A stretch of 64,000 bases of DNA, from assembly GCA_963825135.1 (NCBI GenBank), contig CAWGRW010000009.1, positions 2,016,001 to 2,080,000 on the forward strand, given 5' to 3'. The stretch comes from an uncultured bacterium (GTDB lineage Bacteria > Desulfobacterota_D > UBA1144 > Nemesobacterales > UBA2774). The notes below the pieces were generated by a model, which saw only the letters and a program-made list of their open reading frames with translations, searched no databases and was not told the origin of the DNA. Below are positions 43,945 through 58,625 of this stretch, piece by piece; the stretch's first letter is position 1, and each line of letters begins with the position of its first letter. A program made the translations under genes and the position numbers.

Positions 43945-46141
43945 AACTTTTAAGGTTATCCTCAAATCCCGCGGCCCAGGCCCTCCTGGCTTCGGCTGCA
44001 GGAATATCTACCAGACCCTCTATTAAAAACCTCGACCCCCCGACCCCGCCGATTACGTTCATGGGTACACTATTGGATGCAGTAATTTTTCTAAGGATTT
44101 CTATGTTCTTGTTGTCGAGTGAAACTACCGCTCTCGCCTGGGATTCTGAAAATAAGAGTGCGTCCCCTCTGATTGCGCCCGGCAGCCTGACCGTAATGCC
44201 CGTAGTGTATTCCGGGGAGAAACAGGATTCTGCGAGCGAAACAGATACCCCGCCCTCGGAAACGTCGTGCGCTGACTTAAGTATACCTCTATCTGAAGCT
44301 TCAAGTAAAGCCCGTATCAGGTTCGATTCGGCTTCGAGATCAAGTCCCGGGGGCTCCCCCGCTACTATCCCGTGGACCTGCTTCAGGTACTCGCTCCCGC
44401 CTAATTCGTCCCTCGTCTCGCCCAGGAGCACGACCGCGTCCCCATCGTCTTTAAACCACTGGGTGATATGCTTTTCGACGTCCGTGATGAGGCCCACCAT
44501 GCCGATTGCAGGCGTCGGATATACGGCGTTCCTGCCCGTCTGGTTATAGAAGCTCACGTTCCCGCTCACGACGGGCGTGTTCAGCCTGACGGCCGCCTGG
44601 GATATTCCCTCTACTGCGCGCTTGAACTGCCACATCACTCCGGGCTCCTCCGGGCTCCCGAAATTGAGGCAATCCGTGATCGCCAGTGGAAGGGCTCCCG
44701 AGCAGGCGAGGTTCCTCGCGCTCTCGGCGACCGCTATTCCCGCCCCGGTAAATGGGTCGAGGTAGCAGTAGGTCGAGTTGCAGTTGACGGTCATCGCCAG
44801 GGCTTTTTTCGTGTTCTTTATCCTGACTACCGCGGCGTCCGAGCCCGGAACCACGACCGTATTCGTCCTTACCATGTGGTCGTATTGCTCCCATATCCAG
44901 CGCTTGTCCGCGAGTGTGGGGGAAGAGAGGAGCGTCAAAAATATTCTGCCGAGGTCCTTCGGGACCGGTATGGCGGATAGATCCCGGCTCCCGGTTTCTT
45001 TAATATACGCAGGCTCGGAGTAAGGCCTGTCGTAAACGGGCGCCTCTTCCGAAATCAGGCTTATGGGGATCTCTGCTACGGTCTTTCCCTCTTCCGCGAT
45101 AACGAGCCTGCCGCTGTCCGTTACCTCTCCGATGACGCTGAAGTCGAGCCCCCACTTCCTGAATATCTTTTCGGAGATATCCTCTTTTCCTTTCTCAAGC
45201 ACTATGAGCATGCGCTCCTGCGATTCGGAAAGCATGACCTCGTACGGGGTCATGGAAGTTTCCCTCCTCGGGACCTTCTCGATGTCTATCCTTATGCCCG
45301 TGCCGGCCCTCTCCGCCATCTCCGTGGAGGAGGACGTGAGACCGGCGGCCCCCATGTCCTGTATACCGACTACTACGCCCGTCTTGAACAATTCGAGGCA
45401 GGCTTCGAGGAGAAGCTTTTCCGTGAAAGGGTCGCCCACCTGAACGGCGGGCCTCTTTTCCTCCGCCTCTTTCGTGAACGTTTCCGACGCCATGACCGCG
45501 CCGTGAATCCCGTCCCTTCCGGTCTTGGATCCCACGTAGATTACGGGGTTCCCGAGTCCCCTGGCGTAGCCCCTGAATATTTCGTCCTTATTCGTTATGC
45601 CGAGGGCGAATACGTTGACCAGCGGGTTCCCGTTGTAGCATTCGTCGAAGTAGACCTCGCCGCCCACAGTCGGAATCCCTATACAGTTTCCGTATCCCGC
45701 GATGCCGGAAACGACGCCTCCGACCAGGTATTTCGTCTTGGGAAGGGAAGGGTCGCCGAACCGGAGCGAATCGAGGACAGCTATGGGCCTCGCCCCCATC
45801 GTGAATATATCCCTCAATATGCCGCCCACCCCTGTCGCGGCGCCCTGATAGGGCTCTATGAATGACGGGTGGTTATGGCTCTCCATCTTAAAGACGGCGC
45901 ATTGCCCGTCGCCGATGTCTATAATGCCTGCGTTCTCTCCGGGGCCCTGTATGACCACTTCGCCCGTCGTGGGGAACTTCCTCAGATGGATTCTCGAGCT
46001 CTTGTAGGAACAGTGTTCGGACCACATAGCGGCCAGGATGCCCAGTTCGGTAATGTTGGGCTCCCTGCCGAGCGTATCCACTATCTTATTGTATTCTTCT
46101 TCTGTCAGCCCGTGGTCAAGAGCGGTCTTCAGGTTGGACAT
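43931..46141 (-). CDS. purL: FGAM synthase subunit PurL (small type)
   Basis: [38 protein letters not shown]. Confidence 0.97.
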   Translation of the reverse strand: MSNLKTALDHGLTEEEYNKIVDTLGREPNITELGILAAMWSEHCSYKSSRIHLRKFPTTGEVVIQGPGENAGIIDIGDGQCAVFKMESHNHPSFIEPYQGAATGVGGILRDIFTMGARPIAVLDSLRFGDPSLPKTKYLVGGVVSGIAGYGNCIGIPTVGGEVYFDECYNGNPLVNVFALGITNKDEIFRGYARGLGNPVIYVGSKTGRDGIHGAVMASETFTKEAEEKRPAVQVGDPFTEKLLLEACLELFKTGVVVGIQDMGAAGLTSSSTEMAERAGTGIRIDIEKVPRRETSMTPYEVMLSESQERMLIVLEKGKEDISEKIFRKWGLDFSVIGEVTDSGRLVIAEEGKTVAEIPISLISEEAPVYDRPYSEPAYIKETGSRDLSAIPVPKDLGRIFLTLLSSPTLADKRWIWEQYDHMVRTNTVVVPGSDAAVVRIKNTKKALAMTVNCNSTYCYLDPFTGAGIAVAESARNLACSGALPLAITDCLNFGSPEEPGVMWQFKRAVEGISQAAVRLNTPVVSGNVSFYNQTGRNAVYPTPAIGMVGLITDVEKHITQWFKDDGDAVVLLGETRDELGGSEYLKQVHGIVAGEPPGLDLEAESNLIRALLEASDRGILKSAHDVSEGGVSVSLAESCFSPEYTTGITVRLPGAIRGDALLFSESQARAVVSLDNKNIEILRKITASNSVPMNVIGGVGGSRFLIEGLVDIPAAEARRAWAAGFEDNLKSYAKA

Positions 46142-46350
46142 TTAGTCTCGGTCACTCTCTATAGATTAATATACCAGTTATTCGGGGTTAAATCACTGAA
46201 CGGACTTCATACGGCCGCCTTTAAGCGCGGGATAAATTAATTTGACACCAATTTCGGCATTGTCAAAACCGATACGCCGCATGTGTCCGGTTTCCTTAAA
46301 ATATTCCATTCCAGCCGTGCCGTGCGTCCGTCCGGGCGCTCCCGGGCTTC

Positions 46351-46379
46351 TTGCAATCATCGTTCTCGGATACTAATAT
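46351..46379 (+). promoter_or_regulatory. Putative sigma70 promoter for the prsW-like gene
   Basis: TTGCAA-17-TAATAT, 12 nt before ATG 46392. Confidence 0.5.
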
Positions 46380-46391
46380 GATTATAAATTT

Positions 46392-47384
46392 ATGGACCAC
46401 GCGATTATTTTCGTTTCATTGATAGTTGCAGTCGCCCCGGTGGTGGCGATTCTGTTTTTTATATGGTGGATCGACCGCTACGACAGGGAGCCCCTTAAGT
46501 ACGTTTTCGCGGCCTTCCTGTGGGGCGGTCTCGGGGCAATCGCCCTGTCCATACTCGGTACGGAAGCCGGTATAAGGATGCTGGGCAGGTTCGCCGACTA
46601 TTCGGGCTTCGATTTTCCGGCCGTCGTCCTGGCTCCCTTCATAGAGGAATTAATGAAGGGCCTCGTGGTGTTTTTCCTGCTGAGGTACCGTCAGTTCGAT
46701 AACGTAACGGACGGGCTCGTTTACGGCGCTGCCTCCGGTCTCGGGTTCGGAATGACGGAGAATTTCATGTATTTCACCCAGTTCGCGGGCAATTCCCCCG
46801 GATACGAGTGGCTTAACCTCCTCTTCATCAGGAGCATGATGACCGCGAATATGCACTGCGCCGCGAGCGCGACTTTCGGCGCGGGCATAAGTAAATTGAA
46901 AGACGGAGGGAAAAACGCCTGGATGTCCATGGGCGGGTTCTTTCTTCTGGCTGTCTTCCTCCATGCCACATGGAATTTTCTCGTTACGTCGAGGGACGAG
47001 GCTTACTGGGGGTTAGCGGTGCTCATCCTTCTTATTTACATCATTTTTATATTCGTAATTTTTGTGAGGGGCATTATGGGGGAGAGGAAGCAGCGGGAGG
47101 TGGTGCTCGTCGAGGAATTCGACCTGGGCGTCCTGCCTGCCGGCCATAAACAGATATTGATGTCATACAGGGCAATGAGAAAAGGGAACTGGTTCCCTGA
47201 CTACCTTAACAAAAACAAATACCTTTCGCTCGTCGGGCGTCTCGCGTTACGTAAAACCTCCTATTACAGGTCGGAGGGTAACCGTCAGGCCTCCCTTCAA
47301 AAAGAGATAGTGGAGCTGAGAAAGGAGCTCAAGAGGTTCGCAGATTTGATTCAGCGGCTGCAGCAGGAAAATACCGTTACGTAG
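46392..47384 (+). CDS. PrsW-family intramembrane metalloprotease
   Basis: DRYDREP, APFIEELMK, GFGMTENF, H...H motifs. Confidence 0.9.
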   Translation: MDHAIIFVSLIVAVAPVVAILFFIWWIDRYDREPLKYVFAAFLWGGLGAIALSILGTEAGIRMLGRFADYSGFDFPAVVLAPFIEELMKGLVVFFLLRYRQFDNVTDGLVYGAASGLGFGMTENFMYFTQFAGNSPGYEWLNLLFIRSMMTANMHCAASATFGAGISKLKDGGKNAWMSMGGFFLLAVFLHATWNFLVTSRDEAYWGLAVLILLIYIIFIFVIFVRGIMGERKQREVVLVEEFDLGVLPAGHKQILMSYRAMRKGNWFPDYLNKNKYLSLVGRLALRKTSYYRSEGNRQASLQKEIVELRKELKRFADLIQRLQQENTVT

Positions 47385-47535
47385 AGGGCGTGTCGTTGTT
47401 CACGGGCCGCGAAATACCTCCGGAATTCTGAATTTTAAAGAGCCGCTTTAGGGGCCCTCCCTATTGTATAAATTTCAGACCCCCTGTATCCTTACCTGGA
47501 TAATTGAAATACGGGTTTAACCATATAAAGAAAAA

Positions 47536-48597
47536 ATGAACATCAAGGATTTGAGTCCCGGGGAACTGGAAAAATTCGTTACTGATAAGGGGTTAGAGCC
47601 GTTCCGTGCGCGCCAGCTGGGCAAGTGGCTGTACAGGAAGGGCGCTTCGTCTTTCGACGAGATGACGGATCTATCGAAGGACACGAGGGAGCTGCTCAAG
47701 AGCTCTTTCTCTGCCGGGGATTCCATGGAGCTGGCGGAGGAGCAAATCTCGACCGACGGCACGAGGAAGTACCTGTTTAAGCTCCGGGACGGGAAGCAGA
47801 TAGAAAGCGTGCTCATACCGGACAAGAAGAGGCATACCCTGTGTATATCTTCTCAGGTCGGGTGCGCCCTCGGATGCACTTTCTGTCTTACGGGCACGAT
47901 TGGTAAGATAAGGAACCTGACCCCCTCCGAGATTCTGGACCAATACCTGCTCGTTAACCGGTTCAGCGGGGGCTCGGTGACGAATATCGTATTCATGGGT
48001 ATGGGGGAGCCGCTCGACAATCTTGAAAACCTCGTAAGGGCGCTCAAGACAATGACGGATGAAAATTTCCTGGGCCTGCCGCCGAAGAGGATAACGGTTT
48101 CGACTTCCGGTATCGTCCCCAAAATAAAGGAGCTCGGTGAGCAGGTCTCGGTCAACCTCGCAGTTTCACTCAACGCGCCGCGGGATGAACTGAGGGACGT
48201 CCTCATGCCTATCAATAAAAAGTATCCGATAAAGGACCTCCTTAAAGCGAGCGTGAAATTCCCCGTCCCGCCGAGAAAGCTGCTTATGTTCGAATACGTC
48301 CTTTTGAGCAAGGTCAACGACTCCGACAGGGACGCCTACGACCTGGGCCGCCTGCTTCGCGGTATCAATTGCAAGGTCAACCTGATTCCGTTCAACGAAG
48401 CGGGCCCCCTGCCTTACCGCTCGCCGACGAGGGAGAGGGTGCTCGGTTTCCAGGACATACTTATTTCGTTCGGTATAAACGTCAGGATAAGAAAGAGCCG
48501 CGGGAGCGATATCCTCGGGGCATGCGGCCAGCTGGCCGCCGAATACCCGGCCAGAAAGATAAAGAGTGAAAAAAGCGCCGCCCGGGCTGCTATATAA
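47536..48597 (+). CDS. rlmN: 23S rRNA m2A2503 methyltransferase
   Basis: CISSQVGCALGCTFC, FMGMGEP, GACGQL. Confidence 0.96.
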   Translation: MNIKDLSPGELEKFVTDKGLEPFRARQLGKWLYRKGASSFDEMTDLSKDTRELLKSSFSAGDSMELAEEQISTDGTRKYLFKLRDGKQIESVLIPDKKRHTLCISSQVGCALGCTFCLTGTIGKIRNLTPSEILDQYLLVNRFSGGSVTNIVFMGMGEPLDNLENLVRALKTMTDENFLGLPPKRITVSTSGIVPKIKELGEQVSVNLAVSLNAPRDELRDVLMPINKKYPIKDLLKASVKFPVPPRKLLMFEYVLLSKVNDSDRDAYDLGRLLRGINCKVNLIPFNEAGPLPYRSPTRERVLGFQDILISFGINVRIRKSRGSDILGACGQLAAEYPARKIKSEKSAARAAI

Positions 48598-48626
48598 GAT
48601 AAAACGGACACAGGGTTTTCAGATAA

Positions 48627-51260
<2,634 letters not shown>

Positions 51261-51273
51261 TTTGCCGGGCCGC

Positions 51274-52170
51274 CTACTTGTTTATTCCCTTTTCTTCTAG
51301 TACTTCTTTAATCTTCTTGAGAGCGGCGCTCTCTATCTGCCTGACTCTTTCTCTTGATATCTTGAATTTGCTTCCGAGCTCTTCGAGCGTAAGGGGCTGA
51401 TCGGACAATACGCGCTTCTCGATAATGTACCGCTCCCGGTCCTTGAGGGTTTTCATGGCGACCGCCATTCCCTTCCTCACCCGCTCGTCTTCCTCCGCCC
51501 TTGTAAGGAACTCTTCCTGGCTGTCTTCTCCCCCGGTGAGGAAGTCCAGATGGGACGCGTCCTTCTCGCTCGTGAGCTCGGCGTCGAGCGACAGGTCCTT
51601 GCTCCCCATCCTCTGCTCCATTTCGATGACGGCTTCGTCGGGCACGTCGAGCTTCTGGGCGAGCTCTCTGTAATCCTCGGCGCTCAGGGTATCTCCGCCC
51701 ATTTCGAGCTCTTTTTTCGTCGAACGCAGTTTATAGAAGAGCTTTCTCTGGGCCTGCGTCGTGCCTACCTTCACGAGGCTCCAGCTCTTGATTATGTAGT
51801 TCTGGATATACGCCCTTATCCACCAGACGGCGTAGGAAATTAGACGGTAGCCTTTGGTCGGGTCGAAACCCTTTACCGCGTGCATGAGCCCGACGTTCCC
51901 CTCCTGGATTATGTCCATCGTGTTGATGCCGTAGTTCTTATATTCGTTCGCCACCCTTACGACGAATTTCAGGTTGGACGTGACGAGCTTCCGCGCGGCG
52001 TCGAGGTCGCCGTCGCTTCTGTATTTCATGGCGAGCTTGTATTCTTCATCCCGGCTCAGCACGGGGTAGTTGCTCAGTTCGGCGAGGTATCTGTGGAGGG
52101 ACGTCGTATGGGCGGGTAGAAGCGTGCTCGCGTGTTTCTTTTCTTTCTTTTTTTCTGAATCCTGAGACAT
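51274..52170 (-). CDS. rpoH: RpoH (sigma32)-family sigma factor
   Basis: DIIQEGNVGL, SYAVWWIRA, RpoH box QRKLFYKLR, SRERVRQIE. Confidence 0.9.
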   Translation of the reverse strand: MSQDSEKKKEKKHASTLLPAHTTSLHRYLAELSNYPVLSRDEEYKLAMKYRSDGDLDAARKLVTSNLKFVVRVANEYKNYGINTMDIIQEGNVGLMHAVKGFDPTKGYRLISYAVWWIRAYIQNYIIKSWSLVKVGTTQAQRKLFYKLRSTKKELEMGGDTLSAEDYRELAQKLDVPDEAVIEMEQRMGSKDLSLDAELTSEKDASHLDFLTGGEDSQEEFLTRAEEDERVRKGMAVAMKTLKDRERYIIEKRVLSDQPLTLEELGSKFKISRERVRQIESAALKKIKEVLEEKGINK

Positions 52171-52297
52171 TTGGCCCGTTTTATCGCTTGAAGAGTATTA
52201 AGTAGTATACGTTTCAGGGGGATGCTAATCAACCGGGGATTTCTTTGGCGGCGTAACGCGCCGTAGTCGTTATACATATGAAATTGACTAAAAACTC

Positions 52298-52326
52298 TTG
52301 ACTCATATACTCCTTATGTATAGATT
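52298..52326 (+). promoter_or_regulatory. Putative sigma70 promoter for tRNA-Asn
   Basis: TTGACT-17-TAGATT. Confidence 0.5.
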
Positions 52327-52359
52327 ATTCTGTTTAACTCAGAGCTTATAAAAATCGGT

Positions 52360-52435
52360 TCCGGCGTAGCTCAGCTGGCAGAGCGGGTGACTGTTAATCA
52401 CCATGTCGGGAGTTCGAATCTCTCCGCCGGAGCCA
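52360..52435 (+). tRNA. tRNA-Asn(GTT)
   Basis: TCCGGCG/CGCCGGA acceptor, GGTGA-CTGTTAA-TCACC, GTTCGAAT, encoded CCA. Confidence 0.96.
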
Positions 52436-52558
52436 ATTATATTCAATAAATTCAAACAATGATATTTTCATCCCGAATTATGAACTTTTTATGGAATAGA
52501 ATGTCAGTGAATTTGTAAGTAACTCGGCAATAGGGTTAGCCAAAATTTATATACTTAT

Positions 52559-53263
52559 ATGAGGATTGCTAGTTTAAATATAAGGCATGTTGGTGGTAAT
52601 AGGGTAGATAGAATTTTGAATACTCTGGATAGTTATAAGTCCGATATTCTTGTATTATGTGAATTTAGAAGTAATTCCATAGGACAAAGAATCCGAAATG
52701 ATTTAAACCGGAAAGGATACGATTATTTTGTCACGGCTAAGGCTCAAAAATTCTATATTAATAGTGTATCGATTATTTCGAAATCTCCGTTTGAAATTAA
52801 ATCTAGCTGTTTTGATTTAGGAGTTCATTCTCACCGGATTATTGAGGTTGATTTTCAAAACTTTAAAATATTGGCGGTTTATTTCCGCAACAAAGAAGAA
52901 AAAAAACCGGTATTTGATTTTTTGATGGAGTATTGTTTGGAAAATCTAAAAGATAATGTAGCAATAATAGGTGATTTTAACACGGGTAAACATTATATCG
53001 ATGAGAAAAAGAGTATTTTTCTGTGCGCTGATTATATTAGCAGAATGGAAGATATGGGATGGATAGATGGATGGAGAAGATTTCATAATGACAAAAAGGA
53101 ATACACATGGTATAGCAGCAAGGGAAATGGATTCAGAATTGACCATATTTTTTGCACGCCTAGCTTCGGCAAAGTTTTGAAAAACGTCGTGTACTCACAT
53201 CAAGTAAGAGAAGATAAGATTACTGACCATTCAGCTTTAATTATTGACTTAGATTTCTGCTAA
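52559..53263 (+). CDS. Endonuclease/exonuclease/phosphatase (ExoIII-like) protein
   Basis: RIASLNI, LCE, IGDFN, YTW, RIDHIF, TDH; AT-rich. Confidence 0.9.
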   Translation: MRIASLNIRHVGGNRVDRILNTLDSYKSDILVLCEFRSNSIGQRIRNDLNRKGYDYFVTAKAQKFYINSVSIISKSPFEIKSSCFDLGVHSHRIIEVDFQNFKILAVYFRNKEEKKPVFDFLMEYCLENLKDNVAIIGDFNTGKHYIDEKKSIFLCADYISRMEDMGWIDGWRRFHNDKKEYTWYSSKGNGFRIDHIFCTPSFGKVLKNVVYSHQVREDKITDHSALIIDLDFC

Positions 53264-53289
53264 ATTTCATCGGCGACTGATATTAAAAT

Positions 53290-53489
53290 CTAATGTTCAA
53301 GCCGGTTGAATTTTTCAGAAAGTGAATCCAATAATGGCCTCGAAAGCGATTCAACAGCCTCAACTAAAGAGTTTTCCTGGTGAGAATATCTTATAGTGGT
53401 TTTTAAGTCAGCATGGCCGAGAATTTTACTAACGGTTACTATATCTCTAGATTTTCAATTATCCTAGTGACTGCTGTATATCTGAGGTC
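53290..53489 (-). pseudogene. Tyrosine recombinase/integrase C-terminal remnant
   Basis: Manual translation: DLRYTAVTRIIEN /frameshift/ DIVTVSKILGHADLKTTIRYSH...*, i.e. degenerate HxLRH box, LGH and catalytic Tyr. Confidence 0.85.
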
Positions 53490-53592
53490 GAGATCCCTCT
53501 GATGAGCTCCTCGGATTCCCCATGTAATATATTGACACCTCGTGGATCAATTCAACCGGACTGTTAACAAAGCTATGTTTGAAGGTCGTTAT

Positions 53593-53832
53593 TTGAAATG
53601 GATAATCATCTTGGGATTGGCTTTATTATTTTCAGGCTGTTTCGGCATATCCAAAGAGGACAGGGCCGTGGAATATCAGTTACGATACCAAAAGAGGCTC
53701 GACTGTACGCAGACAAAGAACACGAGCGAAAGCGCCAATGTTACTCAATGCCCGAAGGCAAGGCCGGGTTCTACACCAAGACCGACGCCGACATCAACAC
53801 CAAAACCAAAACCAACTAATTCTGCTAATTGA
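53593..53832 (+). CDS. Small hypothetical lipoprotein with Pro/Thr tail
   Basis: TTG start after GAAGG; KWIIILGLALLFSGC lipobox; two further Cys; PTPTSTPKPKP tail. Confidence 0.6.
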   Translation: MKWIIILGLALLFSGCFGISKEDRAVEYQLRYQKRLDCTQTKNTSESANVTQCPKARPGSTPRPTPTSTPKPKPTNSAN

Positions 53833-53864
53833 TCCCGCCGCATGATTTCATCAAGATAAGAAAA

Positions 53865-56581
53865 TCACCCCTCCTTCTTATACACCTGTGCGCCGCCGCG
53901 GGGGACTTCGAGGATAAGCTCGCTGTTTATGTGTCCGTACATCTGTATGAGCTTTGCGACGAGGCCCGACCAGCCCGTCTGATGGCTCGCGCCGATGCCC
54001 GCGCCGTTGTCCCCGTGAAAGTACTCGTAGAATAAGATGTAGTCCCTGAAGTGCGGGTCCGTCTGGAATTTCTCTGTATCCCCGTAAACAGGCCTCCTCC
54101 CTTTTTCATCCTTCCGGAATATGCTCACGAGGCGTCTGGATATTTCCTCGGCGGCTTCGTAGAGGGTCATGAATTTCCCGGAACCTGTCGGGCACTCGAC
54201 CTTGAATTCGTCGCCGTAGTATTTATAGAGGTGAATGAGCGCCCTTATTATCATGGCATTGATCGGGAACCATATCGGGCCCCGCCAGTTGGAATTACCT
54301 CCGAAGAGGCCGGAGGAGGATTCGGCGGGCATATACTCGACCTTATACTCCTCGCCGTGGACTTTGAATATATAAGGGTGTTCCTTGTGGTAGCGGGAGA
54401 TGGAGCGTATCCCGTAATCGCTCAGGAACTCGTTCTCGTCGAGCATCTTCGAAAGCACGCGCTTGAGCTTGTCTTCGTTGAGTATGGATAGAAGATACCT
54501 GTTCGCGTACCCGAGCTTGTCGGGCGGGTGGATGGTGGCAAGCAGGTCCGGCATCCTGCTGAGGCGTCTCGCCAGACGCTCCTTGAATTTCGGGAAGCGT
54601 TCCACCATATCATAATCGTAAACAGTCGAAGCGCAGAGCGGCAGGAGGCCGACGAGCGACCTGACTTTTAAACGCTTGGCACTCCCGTCGGGGAACCGCA
54701 GCAGGTCATAGAAGAATCCGTCCTCTTCGTCCCACATCTCGTCGTGATGCTCTCCCGCGCGGTCCATCGCGGAGGCGATCCAGAGGAAATGCTCCGCGAA
54801 CTTCAAGGCCATGTCTTCATAGGTCGGATCGAACTTCGAAAGCTCAAACGCGATCTCGAGCATGTTCTGGCAGAACATCGCCATCCACGCCGTTCCGTCC
54901 GCCTGCTCGAGGAAGCCCCCGGTCGGAAGCGGCGAGCTGCGGTCGAATACTCCGATGTTGTCGAGGCCGAGGAACCCGCCTTCGAAGACATTCTTTCCGT
55001 GACGGTCCTTCCTGTTCACCCACCACGTGAAGTTGAGCACGAGCTTGTCGAATACCTGTTTCAGGAATTCGACGTTCCCCTTTCCGTAAACCACTTTCTG
55101 CGTGTGATAGAGGAATAGGCACGCGAACGCGTGTACGGGAGGGTTCACGTCGCTGAAGTTCCATTCGTATGCCGGTATCTGGCCGTTCGGGTGGAGATAG
55201 ACCTCGCGCAGCATGAGCTCGAGCTGATCCCTTGAGAAGTCGGGGTCGACCATGTCGAGCGCCAGGGTATGAAAGCCGAGGTCCCATGCGGCATACCAGG
55301 GGTATTCCCACTTGTCGGGCATGGATATCACGTCGTCGTTTATCATGTGGAACCATTCCCAGTTCCTGACGTTCTTTCCGGGACTGACGGCCCTGATGTC
55401 GGCGCCGTGCTCTCTCAGCCATGTGTCGAGATCGAAATAGTAGTACTGCTTTGACCATAGCATACCGGCCAGCGCCTGACGCATCACGTTTCTTCGAATC
55501 TTCGTCTATGGAGGGCGGGGTGATCGAGCCGTAAAACTCGTCCGCTTCTGTCTTTCGCGCGGTCACGGTCTTGTCGAAGGTCCTGAACGGGTTCTTCCCG
55601 GCGAGCTCCGGGGATTTGACCGAGAGGATGAGGCGCACCTTCTTTTCTTCTCCGCCTGCGATCGAGAGCGTATAATGGGCCGATACCTTCGTGCCGGTAT
55701 TGCCGGGGTTGACGGATTCCTTTCTCCCTTTCACAATATAATCGTTGATGCCGTCCTTTACGTAGGGACTGCCGTTAGGGTGTCCCGAATATCCGCTCCG
55801 TGTTCGTTTCGTTCTCCGTAAAGAGGAGCTTTGCGCCGCCTTCGCAGTAGAGGTACCTTTGCCCGAGGGTCTCGTGCGACGCCTCGGCCGCGGTGAATTC
55901 CTCCCCCGTGTTCGTCTGCTTAATGACGGGTTTTGGCGTCGGTTCGGACCATGACCAGGTGTTCCTGAACCAGAGTGTGGGGAGAATGTGAATCTCCGCG
56001 GTCTCTTTTCCCCGGTTGACGACGTTGACGCTTATAAGGATTTCTTCGGGGGATTCCTTCGCATATTCGACGAATACGTCGAAATACCCATCGTCGTCGA
56101 ATACGCCCGTATTTATGAGCTCGTATTCGAGCTCGTATCGGGTCGCCTTTCTGTTTTTCTCCACAAGGTCCCTGTAGGGGTACGCGGACCGGGGGTATTT
56201 ATAGAGGTACTTCATGTACGAGTGCGTCGGCGTGCTGTCTATATAATAGTAGTACTCCTTCACGTCTTCGCCGTGGTTCCCTTCGCTGTTCGTAAGGCCG
56301 AAGAGGCGTTCTTTTATGATGGGGTCTTTGCCGTTCCAGAGGGCGAGCGCGAAGCAGAGTGTCTGCTTGTCGTCGGAGATGCCGGCGAGCCCGTCCTCTC
56401 CCCACCTGTAGGCGCGTGAGCGGGCATGGTCGTGCGGAAAGTAGTCCCACGCCGTGCCGTGTTCGCTGTAGTCCTCCCTCACCGTACCCCACTGCCTCTC
56501 GCTCAGATAGGGGCCCCACTTCTTCCAGGGTACGATCTTCTCACTCGCATCTTTAAGGCGCTTTTTCTCAATACTGTCCAC
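53865..56581 (-). pseudogene. GH63/MGH1-like glucosidase split by two +1 frameshifts (possibly sequencing artefact)
   Basis: [18 protein letters not shown] (frame A), GTKVSAHY..ADEFY (frame B), MRQALAGMLWSKQ, SMPDKWEYPWYAAWD, GNSNWRGP, GASHQTGW (frame C); joins at ~55779 and ~55490. Confidence 0.88.
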
Positions 56582-56887
56582 GGGTACCCCCTTATAATAC
56601 CTGCAGAGCGTGTTGATCGGACGGATTCATGGTCATATCGATCCGGCGCTCACACAATTTATTCCACGCGATAATTTTTGGAATCGGCCGATGGAAATAA
56701 TACTATTTACTACTCGTATTTACCACCGGATAGAAAAGAATGACTGCGAGCTTTACGGGTTTTATCGTGGGGTCGGAGGGTCTCCCGGTCATAATCGGAG
56801 GTAACGGAAATTCACTTATCCCGAGATAAATATCGGGAATAAAGAGCAATAATAAGTGTAGAACCACTGTAAATACAACTAATTTAC

Positions 56888-56917
56888 TTGCATATATTTA
56901 TCATGCATGCTAGCATG
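56888..56917 (+). promoter_or_regulatory. Putative sigma70 promoter overlapped by a palindrome
   Basis: TTGCAT-17-TAGCAT; CATGCTAGCATG palindrome at 56906-56917. Confidence 0.4.
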
Positions 56918-57235
56918 AAACTATATTACATATGGATTGGGCTATAGGTACGGGGACCTCTTAAATTGTTGCTGTAATTTAACTTATCATCAACGGGGGG
57001 GTGATTAAGTTTATTACGATAATCAAGAGCGGCAGGTACGGCCTGTTGCGGCGGAGCCCTTTGCACTTACCAGCTAAGAAAGTCCACTTGTCGATCAGCG
57101 GCTATGCGGGGAGGGTTCTCCATATGATGCATCCTTTGATCTTCTGTACCCTCTCTTGAAGATTCCGGTAAATAAAAAACAACAGAACAAACGATGGAAT
57201 TATAAAAACTAACAAATATATCTGGAGGTGTGGTC

Positions 57236-57676
57236 GTGAAAAAATCGAGTGTATTTCAAATTTATCTGTTTTTATTCGTTTTTAGTATCGTCATTGCTGT
57301 ACCGGTTCTCCGGGCGTCCGCAGAAGAAACGGTAGCGGAGGCGGTAGCGAAGGAAATGCCGGTGTTAAAGGGCGACCAGTGGGTGGCCATGGACGAGAAT
57401 GCCAAGGTCGCATTTATCTGGGGTGCAGGTCACGTCATTACGATCGAAGAGGTGATAATGGAAAAATATCCCGACCAGAAGCGAGATACGTTCGTGACGA
57501 AGGTAGTCGAAGCCGCTTCGAATACTCCTATGACTATGAGTCAGGTCGTAGCCATGGTCGATAAGTTCTATAAGGATAATCCCGATAAGACTGATACGCC
57601 TGTGATGGCCGTTATATGGGACACGATGATTAAGCCCAACATTAAAACCGGTATAGGGGGCAAGCCGTTGAATTAA
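57236..57676 (+). CDS. Hypothetical secreted helical protein
   Basis: GGAGG then GTG 57236; signal peptide ending ASA. Confidence 0.8.
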   Translation: MKKSSVFQIYLFLFVFSIVIAVPVLRASAEETVAEAVAKEMPVLKGDQWVAMDENAKVAFIWGAGHVITIEEVIMEKYPDQKRDTFVTKVVEAASNTPMTMSQVVAMVDKFYKDNPDKTDTPVMAVIWDTMIKPNIKTGIGGKPLN

Positions 57677-57706
57677 TCTGACAGGACTTCAAAAAGGAGA
57701 TCAAAA

Positions 57707-58625
<919 letters not shown>

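Noticed and set aside
52171..52260. CIRCE or sigma32 promoter upstream of rpoH
   Set aside because: Only a partial half-site (TTAGCATCC on the minus strand) with no matching second arm or CCCCAT box
57001..57159. 52-codon GTG ORF, or 6S RNA identity for the structured leader
   Set aside because: No SD at proper spacing or protein-like signal; 6S conserved segments not convincingly matched
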